Positions 1 through 12,197 of a stretch of DNA of 64,000 nt are shown piece by piece. Below the pieces are notes generated by a model. That model saw only the letters and a list, made by a program, of their open reading frames with translations, was not told the DNA's origin and ran no database searches. The stretch covers positions 261,888,001 to 261,952,000 of the forward strand of contig OZ024743.1 of assembly GCA_964016885.1 (NCBI GenBank). The letters are read 5' to 3'. The position numbers and the translations under genes are program-made. This DNA is from Eledone cirrhosa. Taxonomy: Eukaryota. The number at the start of each line of letters is the position of its first letter. Position 1 is the stretch's first letter.

Positions 1-1615
1 AGACCTGGAGAAAGCCTTTGACAGAGTCCCCCGCTCCATTATCTGGTGGACTCTTAGAAAAGTAGGTGTAGATGAATGGCTTGTGAGAGCTATACAAGCC
101 ATGTATAATGAAACAGTCAGTAAGGTTAGAATTAACAATGAATATTGTAAATAATTTAGTGTAAACGTTGGTGTTCATCAAGCCTCTGTCCTTAGCCTCC
201 TCCTATTTATTATTGCCCTTCAGGCTATAACAGGAGTTCAAGACCGGCTGCCCATGAGAACTCCTATACGCAGATGATCTAACGCTCATAGCTGAATCTA
301 TGGCTGAACGAGAGAAGAAATTCGAAATATGGAAGCATGGCCTAGAATCAAAAGGCCTTAAAGTTAACTTGTCTAAGACTAAAGTTCTAGTTTGTAGAAA
401 GGAAAATAGGGCACAGGTGCCCTCAGGGAAATGGCCATGCTCAGTGTGTAGGAAAGGAGTAAGCAGAAATTCCATTTTATGTCCCAAATGCAAAGTATGG
501 GTACATAAAAGATGTAGTGGGATCACAGGTAAACTATCTAAGAACGTAGATTTTATATGTGGCCAATGCTCGGGTGCAATAAGTAGCAAGTGTCCACAGG
601 ATACTAGCTCCTTCTATTGCCCAGATGGTTCTATAGAAATAGTAGACACTTTCCGTTACCTGGGTGACGAAATCAGCAGTGGAGGAGGGTGTTCTGAAAG
701 TACAGTAGCCAGAATCAGAACAGGATGGAAAAAGTTCAGAGAGCTTATACCACTATTGGCCACAAAAGGTTTCTCTCTAAAAATGAAAGGCAGATTGTAT
801 GATGCTTGTATACGAACAGCAATGCTACATGGCAGTGAGACATGGGCATTACGTGCAGAGGACCTGTGCAGACTGGAAAGGAACGAAGCATGCATGCTCC
901 GTTGGATGTGTAATAGTAATATACGTGAACGGCAAAGCATAAATGAGCTAAGTGAGAAATTAGGAATAAGAGGATCAGATGCTGTTTACTTGAGAGAAGA
1001 CTATGTTGGTATGGCCACGTGATGCGCATGAAAGACGACAGCTGTATAAAAAAGTGCAGGGCGATCAAAATTGATGGTAGTTACGGAGTAGGTAAACCCA
1101 GAAAAACCTGGGACGATCTAATAAATTCCGACCTTACACACTTGCATTTCTCTAAGACAATGTCATTGGACCAAGATCTTTGGCACTACGCAGTAATACA
1201 GAAGACCCGCCTTGCCTATGTACAAAGCGAAACCTACAGTCAGTAGGCACCTCTTAACCAAATATACACCACAATCCATTACCCCTACCCCATCCTCCCA
1301 CCAACACCACCCTCTCTCTGTAAAGTTGGTACCACAACATCCAGTCCAAATAAATGAGATCGAGATTGTGTAGGTGTCATGACAAAAAACACAGTCCACG
1401 CTGTGTAGGTAACACGATAAAAAGTTCCCAGTTCCACACTGTAAATGTGGTTGGTGTTAGGAAGGGCATCCAGCCGTAGAAAACCTGCCAGATAGTCCTA
1501 TATGAGCGAGACATGGTCACCTGGCCAACCTTGACTCAAATTGGAGCAACTCCCGTCTAACCCATGCTAGCGTGGAAAATGGACGTTAAACGAAGATGAT
1601 GATGATGATGATGAT
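1..1615 (+). mobile_element. RTE-clade LINE, 3' part (degenerate RT, Cys/His insert, 3'UTR, (GAT)n tail); runs off the window start
   Basis: DLEKAFDRVP and ELLYADDL motifs; ORF 300-1022 carries WPCSVC...WVHKRCSG; stops and frameshifts; ends in gatgatgat repeats at ~1595-1615. Confidence 0.9.
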
Positions 1616-1633
1616 TTATACTCTTTCTATATA

Positions 1634-1669
<36 letters not shown>

Positions 1670-2000
1670 ATATATATATATTCTCTTTAAATATTTTCTC
1701 TATTTATACTCTGTTCTATATATACCTTATCAAGGTCAAATTTACCTTTTATCCTTTCGAGGTTGATAAGAAAAGTACCAGTCTAGTCTTAGGGTCGATT
1801 CTTCCACTATATTTCTTTCTCTCTTTCACTTTCTATCCTTCTCTGGAAGAAATCGTGTTCAGACCTGGAAAGGGATGGGCTCTGCTAGGGTTAAAATGCT
1901 CTAGAAATGCTGTGTAGAAATGCCACTATAGTGCCTGTACAACTCCATCAAGAATTACAGGACCATGCATGCATATATACCCTATATTTAATAATACTCT

Positions 2001-2040
<40 letters not shown>

Positions 2041-3149
2041 TCTCTATATAGTTATCTATATATACCCTCTATACACTCTATACATATTCTGTATTTTTCA
2101 TCTCTCATCATCTTTGTTATTGTTTATCCACAGAGAAAAGGTTTTCAATTTGATTGTGGTTTTCTTGACGCCAGAAAAACGGTTATCTTGGGAAACGGTG
2201 TTTTTGGATGCCAAACATAAACTATGTAAGTCTCCTGTCAAAATGTCTTTCCTACAAACATATATGCATGCATATACACACATGTATATACAAACACACA
2301 CACACTTCATTACTTTTACTTCAAGACTGGCTCCTACACAGTCAAATGTCTATTCCATTTTTATCAATTTTAAACCATACACTTACAAAAGCAAATGAGA
2401 TGCTGTGATGTTCATGCTTTTCTTAAAGGTGTTAATGTCAGTAGTAGTTGTAGTAGCAGCAATGTTTGTCATTGTCTTAGTTTATCCCTTGACCACCCTA
2501 TTTTTTTAAATTTTAAATTGTCCCCTAAAAGAAGAATGTAAAATTCTGAGGGAAGAGTGTCATAAATAATTATACTCAACAATATGTATTGAGTACTTTT
2601 TTCTCACATATATGTGAAACCAAACAAACAAAAAAAATGTATCATCATTTTTATGTCCACTTTTCCATGCTGCCTTGGGTTGACATCTGAATTTTTGAGG
2701 CAGTGTTTTATATTCAGATGCCCTTCCTGACACCAACCCTTTTAGTTGCTTCTTACAACACAGGAATAGTCTACCTATTCTATACCAGCTACATATGACC
2801 TATATATTTAATAATGATTTCTTACATTAACAGAGGTCAATGAATGTTAGATAAAATTAATCTCAGTACATGGTCACTAGAGTTTTTAAACCCCTAGAAT
2901 AGGGAATGGCAAAGCAAACTCTGTCAGGATTTGAAATCAAACTGAAACTTGGCATACTATATTCAGACATTCTTTGATGTAGGGTTCTAACTCTGGTACA
3001 TTAGGTGCCATACAATAGGGAAATCTTTAGTTTTGCACTGTCATTCTTTGATCTAGAGATCATCTGAGGTACATTAGGTGCCATATAATAAAAAAATCTT
3101 TAGTGTAACACTTTCAATTTTTTAACTAGGGATAAACAAGTACATTAAG

Positions 3150-3600
3150 TGTCATCTAATGGGGAAACTTTACAGAAAGTTAATATATGAATCTTACATT
3201 TGACAACATCAATGAGTGCAGAAGACTTGTGATGCCTGGCAAGGAATGAAGTAGGTATGCTACACTGGGTGTGTACAACAAAGCAGAAATGAACTGACTG
3301 TAAAGCTAAGTATAAGAGAAATTGGTTATAGTGTGCAAAAGAGACAATTGCACTGGTTTGGACATGTGATGCATAAGAAGAGCAAGAGTTGTATAAAAAA
3401 AGAGTCAAGTACTTCAAGTAAACAGTATTCATGGAAAAAGGAATTCAAAGAAGATATATGACGAAGTTATGAAGGATGGTTTCAAGAAACTGAACCTCAC
3501 AAAAAAGATGACCTGAGATCAACTTGCCGTACTAGAAAAGACCCACCCACCAGCAAAAGCACTGTGACACTAAAAGTAAATATGATGAGATATTGATGAA
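3150..3600 (+). mobile_element. Highly decayed RTE LINE 3' fragment
   Basis: Similar by eye to the C-terminal region of other RTE copies (gcagaagacttg..aggaatgaagtaggtatgct; ggacatgtgatgc). Confidence 0.55.
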
Positions 3601-4290
3601 TAAATGGAGTGGAGAGGTTCCTTTTTGTCTGAAGTGGATGAGAAACTTTTCTCGTATTGATATCACAATGGAACACACTCAGTACCTGTTGTAAAGTGGT
3701 TTGTCAAATAAACTGAGACAATGTATAATATTGTGTGTGTGTGTGTGTGCAGGGCGGGGGGTGGGGTCCTATCAAAGATTTAACAACTTCTCTCATGCTG
3801 GTGCCATGATAAAATGCATTCAATACACTGTAAAATGGATGGCGATCGGACAAAGACACTCTAGGTTAGAGAGAATTCTTTAGTCTTATTGAGTACATGC
3901 CAACCTCTCTAGTGCTGGTACTACAATAAAATGCACTCAGTACATTCTATGAAATGTTTGGCATGAGAAAGGGTATCCAGCTATAGAAACCATGTCAAAA
4001 TATAAAACACTTGAGCAAGATATGGTCTCTCCATCTTATCTAGTCTCAGACCATGATACCCTATTCAGACCATGCCAGCATGAAAAGGGAATGTTGAATG
4101 TTAAATGATGATGAGGATGATGACATACACACACACAGAAAGATAAGCTCACACACATAAACTTGTATACATCTACCTCTGCACACATACACTCACAATT
4201 TTTGTTGTAATTCTTTGTTTTTGCTTTATTTAATGTTTTATATTAATTTAGTAATTATATTTTTTCTTGTATTTGTCATTTGCTTTCTAG

Positions 4291-4364
4291 CTCTGTTATC
4301 TGATAAGAGAGCACCAGAGTTCTTACTTCCGTTACAAATCACTAAAACTAGGGCTGGAATGCAG
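4291..4364 (+). CDS. ARHGEF17: ARHGEF17-like internal coding exon (LLSDKRAPEFLLPLQITKTRAGMQ)
   Basis: ttctag| acceptor, |gtgagt donor; peptide resembles the ARHGEF17 'KTRSGMQ' block; ends phase 0, matching the next exon. Confidence 0.85.
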
Positions 4365-5254
4365 GTGAGTTCCTTAACTCTTATCTATTTAGGGGTCAAC
4401 ATCATTTCTTGTTTTGTTGTTATAAAAGAGAAGATAGTATTGAGACAACGACGACTGGCATTTTAAGGTTATTTTCTTTGGTAAAGCAGTGGTTAGCCAT
4501 GCAGACCCCTTAAACTTTATACTCATCATGGGATTGTTTTTGAGGGACTGTTTTACAGCTGGATGCTCTTCATGGCACTAATTCTTTTAGACGCCTCTTA
4601 CAACATTCAGGGATATGGTGTACCGATATGTATAGCATACAATAGACCATCATCATCAGCACCAGGAGGACTCTTCATTGGTGTCATAGACATGACAACC
4701 TCCCTAGTGTTGTGTCAGTGATCTATATGATAAACACACCCAGTACAACCTATAAAGTGGTTGATGATAGGAAAGAAATCCAGCCATACAAAACCTGCTA
4801 AAGAAAGGGTCAGGAGGTCTTTTCAGCTGTGTCAATGACATGGCAACTTCCTTGGTGTTAGTGCCATGATAAAATGCATATGGCAGAGTGCAAGATTGTA
4901 TGCTGTGATGTCCAACCCATGCTAGCAGGATAAATGGATGTTAAACATTGTTGAGGATGATGGTCATCATGATGATAGTGGTAGTGATAACATATATACT
5001 GATGGTAGTGATGACATATAATGATGATGATTGTACTGATGATGATAGTGATGTTGACAAATATAGTAATGATATTTTATGATGGCAATCACATGAATAA
5101 TAGTAGTGGTGATAATAGTGTTGATTAACAACATAGTGTCCTTCATTTGAAATGTGGTAACAAAAGGGTTAATTAACTCAAACTGTTCCTCTTGTTTGTT
5201 CCTTTTACTAAACTGTTTCTTTCTTTACTTCTTCCCTCTACCACCGCGATGTAG

Positions 5255-5457
5255 TTTTCCTGTGCAGCCTCTATAGATGGTGTCAATGCTAATGGTTACC
5301 GTGAGGTTTGGGTTTGCAACAGTGATGGCTATGTAGGTCATATGTGCCTCTTGAGTCTCCAACCTGAGCCTATTGTAACATTGAACACACCTGTACCTGG
5401 ATGTAATGCCAGAATCCTTTGTATATGTGCTGTACCTGCATACTCGGGTACACGTCG
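5255..5457 (+). CDS. ARHGEF17: ARHGEF17-like coding exon (FSCAA...EVWVCNSDGYVGHMCLLSL...ARILCICAVP)
   Basis: tag| and |gtaagt; contains the conserved VWVCNSDGYVG motif; phase 0 to 2. Confidence 0.93.
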
Positions 5458-6250
5458 GTAAGTGTTTCATCTTGCTGTTATTGTTTATATTTTGTTTGTT
5501 AAAGCAACATCTTTTCCACCCCAATCTTTCAACTTACTAGAATTTCATCTTTCTATTGCTATGGACAATGATTGCTGAATAAAAAATGGTTAAGCTGAAC
5601 ATAGGCCATATCAATTTCACCAGTCTCAGCATTACATTTATCTTTTTACAGTATTTTAATTACAGTATAAACTATAAATAGGCTCATTCTCAAACTTTTC
5701 TGTGGTCACACCCATTTAGTAGTATTTATGGGATAAAAAGTTCAATGACTTTTTTAAATTGTAGGCATGTTCTTCCTCCACCTTCTACACCCCCTGATAC
5801 ACTTCTCCTGTCCAACCCATGCATGTAAGCATAGAAAGCTGGACATACTCACACCTGCACTCCCACAATGCTGCTGTTGTGACAAAAGCACCCAAGCCAC
5901 TATGTTAGGTCATCACTTCAAATAAGCACCCAATCCACTCTGTAAAGTGGCTGCGTTGGTACCACAATGATAAAAGCACCCAGTACAAATATGCAGAGGG
6001 TTATGTTGCCTGGTAGAGAAGCACAGACATAAATGGTGAAGGTTGTGGTAAGACTAAAAAGGAATGTGGCAAACACACTTCACTGCATCTTTAATGTTAA
6101 TGTGCATAAATGCTGGAGCACAAATGAGCTGAGAGTGAAAGTGAGTGTAGGAGGAATCAGATATAATGTGTGAAACAGAAGACTGTGCTATTCTTTTACT
6201 GGTTCCATCCAACTTCAGCATCAATGTCTAGGAAATATTCTTGAAATATT

Positions 6251-6576
6251 TGTGAAGGCATGTGGCTTTGTGGTTAGGGTATTCGCCTTACGATCGTAAG
6301 GTTGTGAGTTCGATTTCCGGCAGTGCATTGTCTCCTTGAGCAAAACACTTTATTTCAAGTTGCTCCAGTCCACTCAGCTGACAAAAATGAATTGTATTTG
6401 TAGTTTGAACGGTCGACCTTGTCACATTCTGTCATGCTGAATCTCCCTGAGAACTATGTTAAGTGTACACATGTCTGTGGAATTCTCAGCCACATGCACT
6501 TTAATTTCATGAGCAGGGTGTTCCGTTGATCGGATCAACTGGAACACTTGTCATCATAATTGATGGAGTTCTTTCC
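6251..6576 (+). mobile_element. tRNA-derived SINE with 14-bp target-site duplication
   Basis: A-box-like tggctttgtgg, B-box-like gttcgatttcc; attcttgaaatatt at 6237-6250 and 6577-6590. Confidence 0.8.
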
Positions 6577-6676
6577 ATTCTTGAAATATTCTTGAAAATT
6601 CCAATTTTCTATTTCATATTCTGTCACACTAAAGATTTAAATGTGAAATTTGAATGTTTCAATGTCTGTTAAACAG

Positions 6677-6891
6677 AAGCAGTATGAAGAACCGACGGAA
6701 TCGTAACACCGACAATTCCAGTACAAACATGACCAGCACTGACAGACCTCGGATTAACATAGAATCAGTGGATATTTGCATGGAGAGCATAGGAGAAGAT
6801 GCTGGATCTCCCAGTGAGTCAGAGTCAAGTGATGATGATGTGTACCCAATTCCACACAACATAGAGCCAACTGAAAAACTGTGTGTTGAAG
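6677..6891 (+). CDS. ARHGEF17: ARHGEF17-like coding exon, acidic low-complexity linker (SSMKNRR...SESESSDDD...LCVE)
   Basis: aaacag| and |gtaaat; open frame; phase 2 to 1 fits both neighbours. Confidence 0.75.
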
Positions 6892-7007
6892 GTAAATACT
6901 TTAAATGTAACTATTTAGTTGTTGTTGATGTTTAGCCCAAGGTCAACTGTGATTGAACAAATTTGTTATTGAAGACCATACCCATCCCATTTTTAACACT
7001 AAGACTA

Positions 7008-7175
7008 CTAGGGTTGATTGAAAAGTTCATAGGCTGGCCAAGATACTCTCACAGAATGACCAAATGAGATTTATTTTTTAACATCGTTCCTGGAAAGAAA
7101 CAATGCAGTTATTAAGAAGAGTTAAAATTAATGCATGCAAGATTTCACAGCACTAGCATCACTCCTTCATAGTCA
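7008..7175. mobile_element. Partial mariner-type MITE (family also at 34808-34995 and 43763-43958)
   Basis: Shared agggttg..gaaaagttcataggctg / cagcctatga..ttttcagc inverted termini and a similar internal body. Confidence 0.6.
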
Positions 7176-7665
7176 TCCTGTGAAGAAAAATATACTTCAA
7201 ACCTACAGAATCCAAGTTTTTGATTTTCTAGTACGTAGAAGGCTTTTGCAAACATGAAACCCTTTTTGATTCAGAAACTTTTGAGGAATACCAAAGTCTA
7301 ATACTGTTATATGGTCGTAATATAAATATACTCCTCTATCTTTTTTCATGGAACCCCAGACACTCTTTTGTAGAACCCACTTTAGGAACCACTGATATAT
7401 ACCAATGACTAACATTTAGCTTTTCTTGCAATTATGGGAGACAATTCCAAATATGTTTCAATTTTACTTTTTTGTCTTTTTTTTTTTGCTTACCAAATAC
7501 TTACTGCTAGTTAGTTTTAAAGCTCTATGCATTAATTTAACTGTCGTTTTTCATGCATTTAGTGTCTCTGAATCATTCCCCATGGCCATTTAGTTTGTCT
7601 GCCTATCCTATTCTTGTTATTTATCTCATTCTAACATATTTCAATATATTATTTGTACTTCAAAG

Positions 7666-7792
7666 ATGTTGAAAATGTGAGTATTTCCACATCATCATCA
7701 TCAACAAGCAATAACCAGGAACAGAATATCTCAGGGAGATGGATGCATGATGCATTAAAAAGTACTATGTGGCTGGGCACAGAAGATGGATG
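7666..7792 (+). CDS. ARHGEF17: ARHGEF17-like coding exon (...KSTMWLGTEDG)
   Basis: caaag| and |gtaaat; WLGTEDG motif of the ARHGEF10/17 beta-propeller region; phase 1 to 2. Confidence 0.85.
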
Positions 7793-8039
7793 GTAAATAT
7801 TCGATTCTTTCAAATGTTTTCCAAAAATATCCTTTTTCAGGTTTATATATTTTTATTAAAAAATATAGTCTGTCTTTGACTGAAGCAGAGATTGTTTGAT
7901 GTTTGTGTATAAAGTGTGATATTACAGCAACTTTGAATGTTGAAAATGTGTGTAGACTGGAAAGAAATGAAATAAGCATGAATCTTATACATTATCTTAA
8001 TTTCTTCTAGCTGTCAAAACATTTTTTGGGTGGATAGCT

Positions 8040-8992
8040 ACTCTGAATTTGTAGAGGACATGCTCTTGAATTTTAATAAAAGAACTAAAGAATAAGTTCT
8101 GACTATGGAAACAGAATTTGGAATCAAAAGGGCTGCAAGTAAACTTAGCCAATACCAGTAAACTTAACCAAAACAAGTGGTAGTAAGTAGGAAAGAAGTT
8201 ATGACGCCGATTTCTTCAGGGAAATGGCCCTGCTCAATATCTAGAAGAGGAGTAGGTATAAACTCTACACAATGTAAATCTTGGATATAATAGAGATGTA
8301 GTGGGATAATAGGCAGACTAACAGAAAGACTTTGTATGTAGATGATGCGCAGGGCAATTGACAGGAAGAGCATCAGTGATATAAACCTTTTCTAATAAAT
8401 CAATAGAAGTGACTGATAGCTTCTACTATCTAAGTGACCTAATTAGCAGTGGGAGAGGGTGCTTGGAGAGCATAATAACTAGAATAAGGTTAGGATGGGA
8501 GAAGTTTAGAGATCTACTTCCACTGTTGACAACAGAAGGTTTCTCCCTATGTACAAAATGATGACTGAAGTGCGATGCTGCATAGTAGTGAAACATGGGC
8601 AGTGACTGCAGAGGACATGCGTAAGGCTGGAGAGAAATGAAGCAACCATGCTTCATTGGATGTGCAATGTGAGAGAAAAGCAGAGCTTGGATGAACTGAG
8701 TGAGAAACTGGGTTTAAGAAGAATCCAAAATGGTGGGCTAGAGAAAAGACTGTTGGCACTGACGTGTGATTAGCATGGATGATGGTTGCTGGGAGAAGAA
8801 GTCCTAGGAAATCCCTGTGGAGGGCAACCTCTGGAGGACTAGGCAGGTGTAGTGAGAACTGATCTCAAACCACTGAGACTAACAAAGGAGATGATGAAGG
8901 AACATGATGTGTGGAGAGATGCTGTTTATAAAAGGATCCATCCAACCCATGCAAGCATGGAAAAAACGGATGTAAAAATAATGATGATGATA
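8040..8992 (+). mobile_element. Decayed RTE LINE 3' portion
   Basis: Degenerate GKWPCS, YLSDLISSG and LERNEA remnants; 3' aacccatgcaagcatggaaaaaacggatgtaaaa...gatgatgat tail. Confidence 0.75.
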
Positions 8993-9301
8993 ACCAAGAT
9001 ATACTGTATCTCTAATATTAGGGACTCTAGAACAAAAATAATGATATAATCCTGCTGAGGTCAACTTAATCTTTCATCCCTTCTGGTTGAAGTAATGCAG
9101 TGTAGATGTCTATATCTAGATCTCCCAAAACTATAACTTTGTATAGCTTCTGTTAGAAACCAATTATTATATTCACTTAAAAATAATCATTTTCATTAAA
9201 TATTATTGTAGTTTCTGTTAAATTATCTTTTAATGTTCTATGATTAATGATTAATTAATTAGATGTGGTTAATGACTGATTATTTCTACTATGTCCCACA
9301 G

Positions 9302-9388
9302 TATTCACATCTTCCTGTGCACTGATAACATCAAAACAACAAAGAACAAGTTGAAGATCCAACATGCAGCTCCTGTGTATTGTATAAT
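9302..9388 (+). CDS. ARHGEF17: ARHGEF17-like coding exon (IHIFLCTDNIKTTKNKLKIQHAAPVYCI)
   Basis: ccacag| and |gtaagt; QHAA.V.CI motif; phase 2 to 2. Confidence 0.9.
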
Positions 9389-9789
9389 GTAAGTATTGTT
9401 CATCTATTTTAATGAAACAGCATGTTTTTTAATTATAATAATGAATATATTTATATCTGTATAGCTTGTGTGTGATATCTGTATAATTAATTCTCTAACA
9501 CTCTTCTGTGTTAACTGTAATATCACTTATGTGGAGTCAGCAAGCCACTCCAAATAAAATTGATACATGAGCACAATAGACAGGTCTGTGGTAGACCTGA
9601 CAGAGAAGTCTCTAGTGATAGTAGGACATGATAAAAGCAGCCAGTTCAGCAATAAAAACTATCCCATACTTAACAAAGATTTGTAGTTTCCCCTTTATTT
9701 GGTGCACTTTAATTGAAGAATTGGCAGACACATTCAACACATGTCAGCATGAAAAGAATAAACATATAAAATAATGATAAACAACTGTG

Positions 9790-10175
9790 TGTGATCTACA
9801 GATGATGTAAGATTCCAGATATATCATGAAGGTAGAAGGTAGAACATCTAGATGTGATCTACAGATGATGTAAGATTCCAGATATATCATGAAGGTAGAA
9901 GGTAGAACATCTGGATGTGATCTGTAGATGATGTAAGATTCCAGATATATCATGAAGGTAGAAGGTAGAACATCTAGATGTGATCTACAGATGATGTAAG
10001 ATTTCAGATATATCATGACGGTAGAAGGTAGAACATCTGGATGTGATCTGTAGATGATGTAAGATTCCAGATATATCATGAAGGTAGAACATCTGGCTGT
10101 GATCTACAGATGATGTAAGATTCCAGGTATATCATGAATGTAGAAGGTAGAACATCTGGATGTGATCTGTAGATA
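9790..10175. repeat. 63-bp minisatellite, about 6 copies
   Basis: gtgatctacagatgatgtaagattccagatatatcatgaaggtagaaggtagaacatctagat recurs at 9791, 9854, 9917 and onward. Confidence 0.9.
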
Positions 10176-10310
10176 ATCTAAGGCTCTAGTTAGATCATGT
10201 CTCTGTCATGTAGTTGAGAACCACACTGCACAATCAGATTTGCTTCTGTGAATGTGGTTGTGATATAATGTAGAACACCTTTACCATCAGATGTGTTTCT
10301 GATATGATTG

Positions 10311-10490
10311 TTAACCCTTTTACAATATTTTTAATGAAATGCACTGCCTATAATCTTCAAACTGTTTTTTAAAATAATTGAGTATTTGGGAGGATTTAGC
10401 AATATAACTAACTTTATCGTTTTAGATAAATATCAACACTAACAGTTTGGTATCATAGCACCAGAGATATTTTGGTATCCAAAGGGTTAA
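10311..10490. mobile_element. piggyBac-type non-autonomous element (relatives at ~16269-16526 and ~36606-36916)
   Basis: ttaa-ccctt ... aaggg-ttaa termini (TTAA target, CCC/GGG ends). Confidence 0.6.
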
Positions 10491-10863
10491 ACTTCGAATG
10501 CATCAATATTTGTTGTAGAGGTGTTAATTATTGAAAACTGAAACTTGAATTACATCACTTTGGTGTTATATCTTCAGAATTATCTGTTTATTTTGAAATA
10601 GAAACCACCAAATATTACTGAATAAGGGAGACAAATGTATGTGAAGAAACGAAAGAGTAAAGAGCTTGTTGTTTAGCCCTAGGTCATCCCTGGTTAAACT
10701 CACCTATGATCAAAGACTTTTCTTTTTAAAAGATAGGGTGTAATCTGAGGGAGACTTAGTTGCTATTTATAACAGGTCAAGCAACAACATAATGGCTCCC
10801 CTCATTCACTAGATTTTTTTTCTGGGGATGAATCAAAGAGAAACATATGTTGAAAGTTTAGGT

Positions 10864-11025
10864 CAAGCATGGGCAACCTTTTCCGATCAGTGAGCCGCAT
10901 AGGATGTGGTTTAATATAAAGTGGGCCGGGCTACTAAAAAATTCAAGGCAATTTTGAAAGTAAGCATACCATTCAGAAAGCCAAATGGGCCGCATGTAGC
11001 TAGCGGGCCGCAGTTTCCCTATGAA
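10864..11025. mobile_element. hAT-like MITE remnant
   Basis: catgggcaacc ... gcgggccgcagtttccctatg termini resembling hAT/Charlie-type short elements. Confidence 0.45.
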
Positions 11026-11223
11026 TGGTTTCATGGCTGTAAAGATATATTGAGTGTCTCTTGTGTGTAGATGTGTGTATAAATATACAGCAATGTATGT
11101 GTAGATGATGTATGTATAAATAACTAAATATACAGCAGTATGTGTATAGATGATGTATGTATAAATACTTAAATATACAGCAGTATGTTTTATACAATTT
11201 CCTGTTCTCTTTTATCTTTCTAG

Positions 11224-11291
11224 TTACCTTGACAACAAAGTGTTTGTATCGTTAGCCAATGGAGACCTTATAGTCTACAGACGTGATATTG
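11224..11291 (+). CDS. ARHGEF17: ARHGEF17-like coding exon (YLDNKVFVSLANGDLIVYRRDI)
   Basis: ttctag| and |gtaagt; VFVSLANG.L.VY motif; phase 2 to 1. Confidence 0.92.
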
Positions 11292-11344
11292 GTAAGTTCT
11301 GTTTGGTCATGTTTTACTTACGATTTTTGAGTCTAGGTGAATTA

Positions 11345-11650
11345 ATCTACAGATACACTATATCTACAAAAACACTACAACACAATACATTTACAACATA
11401 ATATGATACATCTACAACACAACACACTACATCTACAAATACAACACATCTACAACACAAAATATCTAAAACACACTACATCGAAAGATACAACTCATCT
11501 ACAACACATCTTCAACACAACACATACACTACAGATACACTACAACAGATCTACAACACATCTTCAACACATCTACAACATAGTATATCGACAGATACAC
11601 TACATCTTTAACACAATACATCTATAGAAAGACTATAACACAATACAACC
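11345..11650. repeat. CA-rich degenerate short tandem repeat (acaacacatct-like)
   Basis: Low-complexity repeated acacaacacatctac words. Confidence 0.75.
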
Positions 11651-11878
11651 CTTCCCTCTCCAGAATGTGTGGAATTCATTCCTTTCCCTCCCCATGTCTT
11701 TCCAACAAGTGTCAACTTGCAGCAGTTTAAGTAGAACAGTAACAGTCTCAGTCATACTACTCTAAGTTAGAGGGCCTGTGAAAATCATGGACACTGCCCC
11801 TATCTCTACACCTAGCAAACAAAATTTCTGTCCACCTTTATTAGAAGCTGTTTTGAGCTTTAATTTTTGTCTGTTCAG

Positions 11879-12027
11879 ATGGCCAGTGGGATACCGAACA
11901 CCCATACACAAGAACTCTTGGATCAGTCACATCTCCAATCAATAAAATGCATGCTGTTGCTGGAAAGTTATGGTGTGGTTCTCAGAACAGCATCTGTATT
12001 GTCAACCCTTTGACATTGAAAATTGAG
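11879..12027 (+). CDS. ARHGEF17: ARHGEF17-like coding exon (GQWDTEHP...GKLWCGSQNSICIVNPLTLKIE)
   Basis: ttcag| and |gtgagt; G.LWCG..N motif; phase 1 to 0. Confidence 0.9.
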
Positions 12028-12082
12028 GTGAGTAATTAATGTTACACGTTACACATGAAGTCTTGTGTCTTGGTCAAATAGA

Positions 12083-12113
<31 letters not shown>

Positions 12114-12197
12114 CATGTAGGCCAGCTAGCATAGATGTGCGATTGGTAGAAGGTCTTCTTTTATTCTGTTATTTGTAAATACATGTACCCTACATGT

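Noticed and set aside
6255-6325. tRNA gene candidate (also 26155 and 53930)
   Set aside because: A/B boxes run into SINE bodies and no intact cloverleaf is evident; these are SINE heads.
9744-10079. ORF with 21-aa repeats
   Set aside because: By-product of a 63-bp minisatellite in an intron; no splice or homology support.
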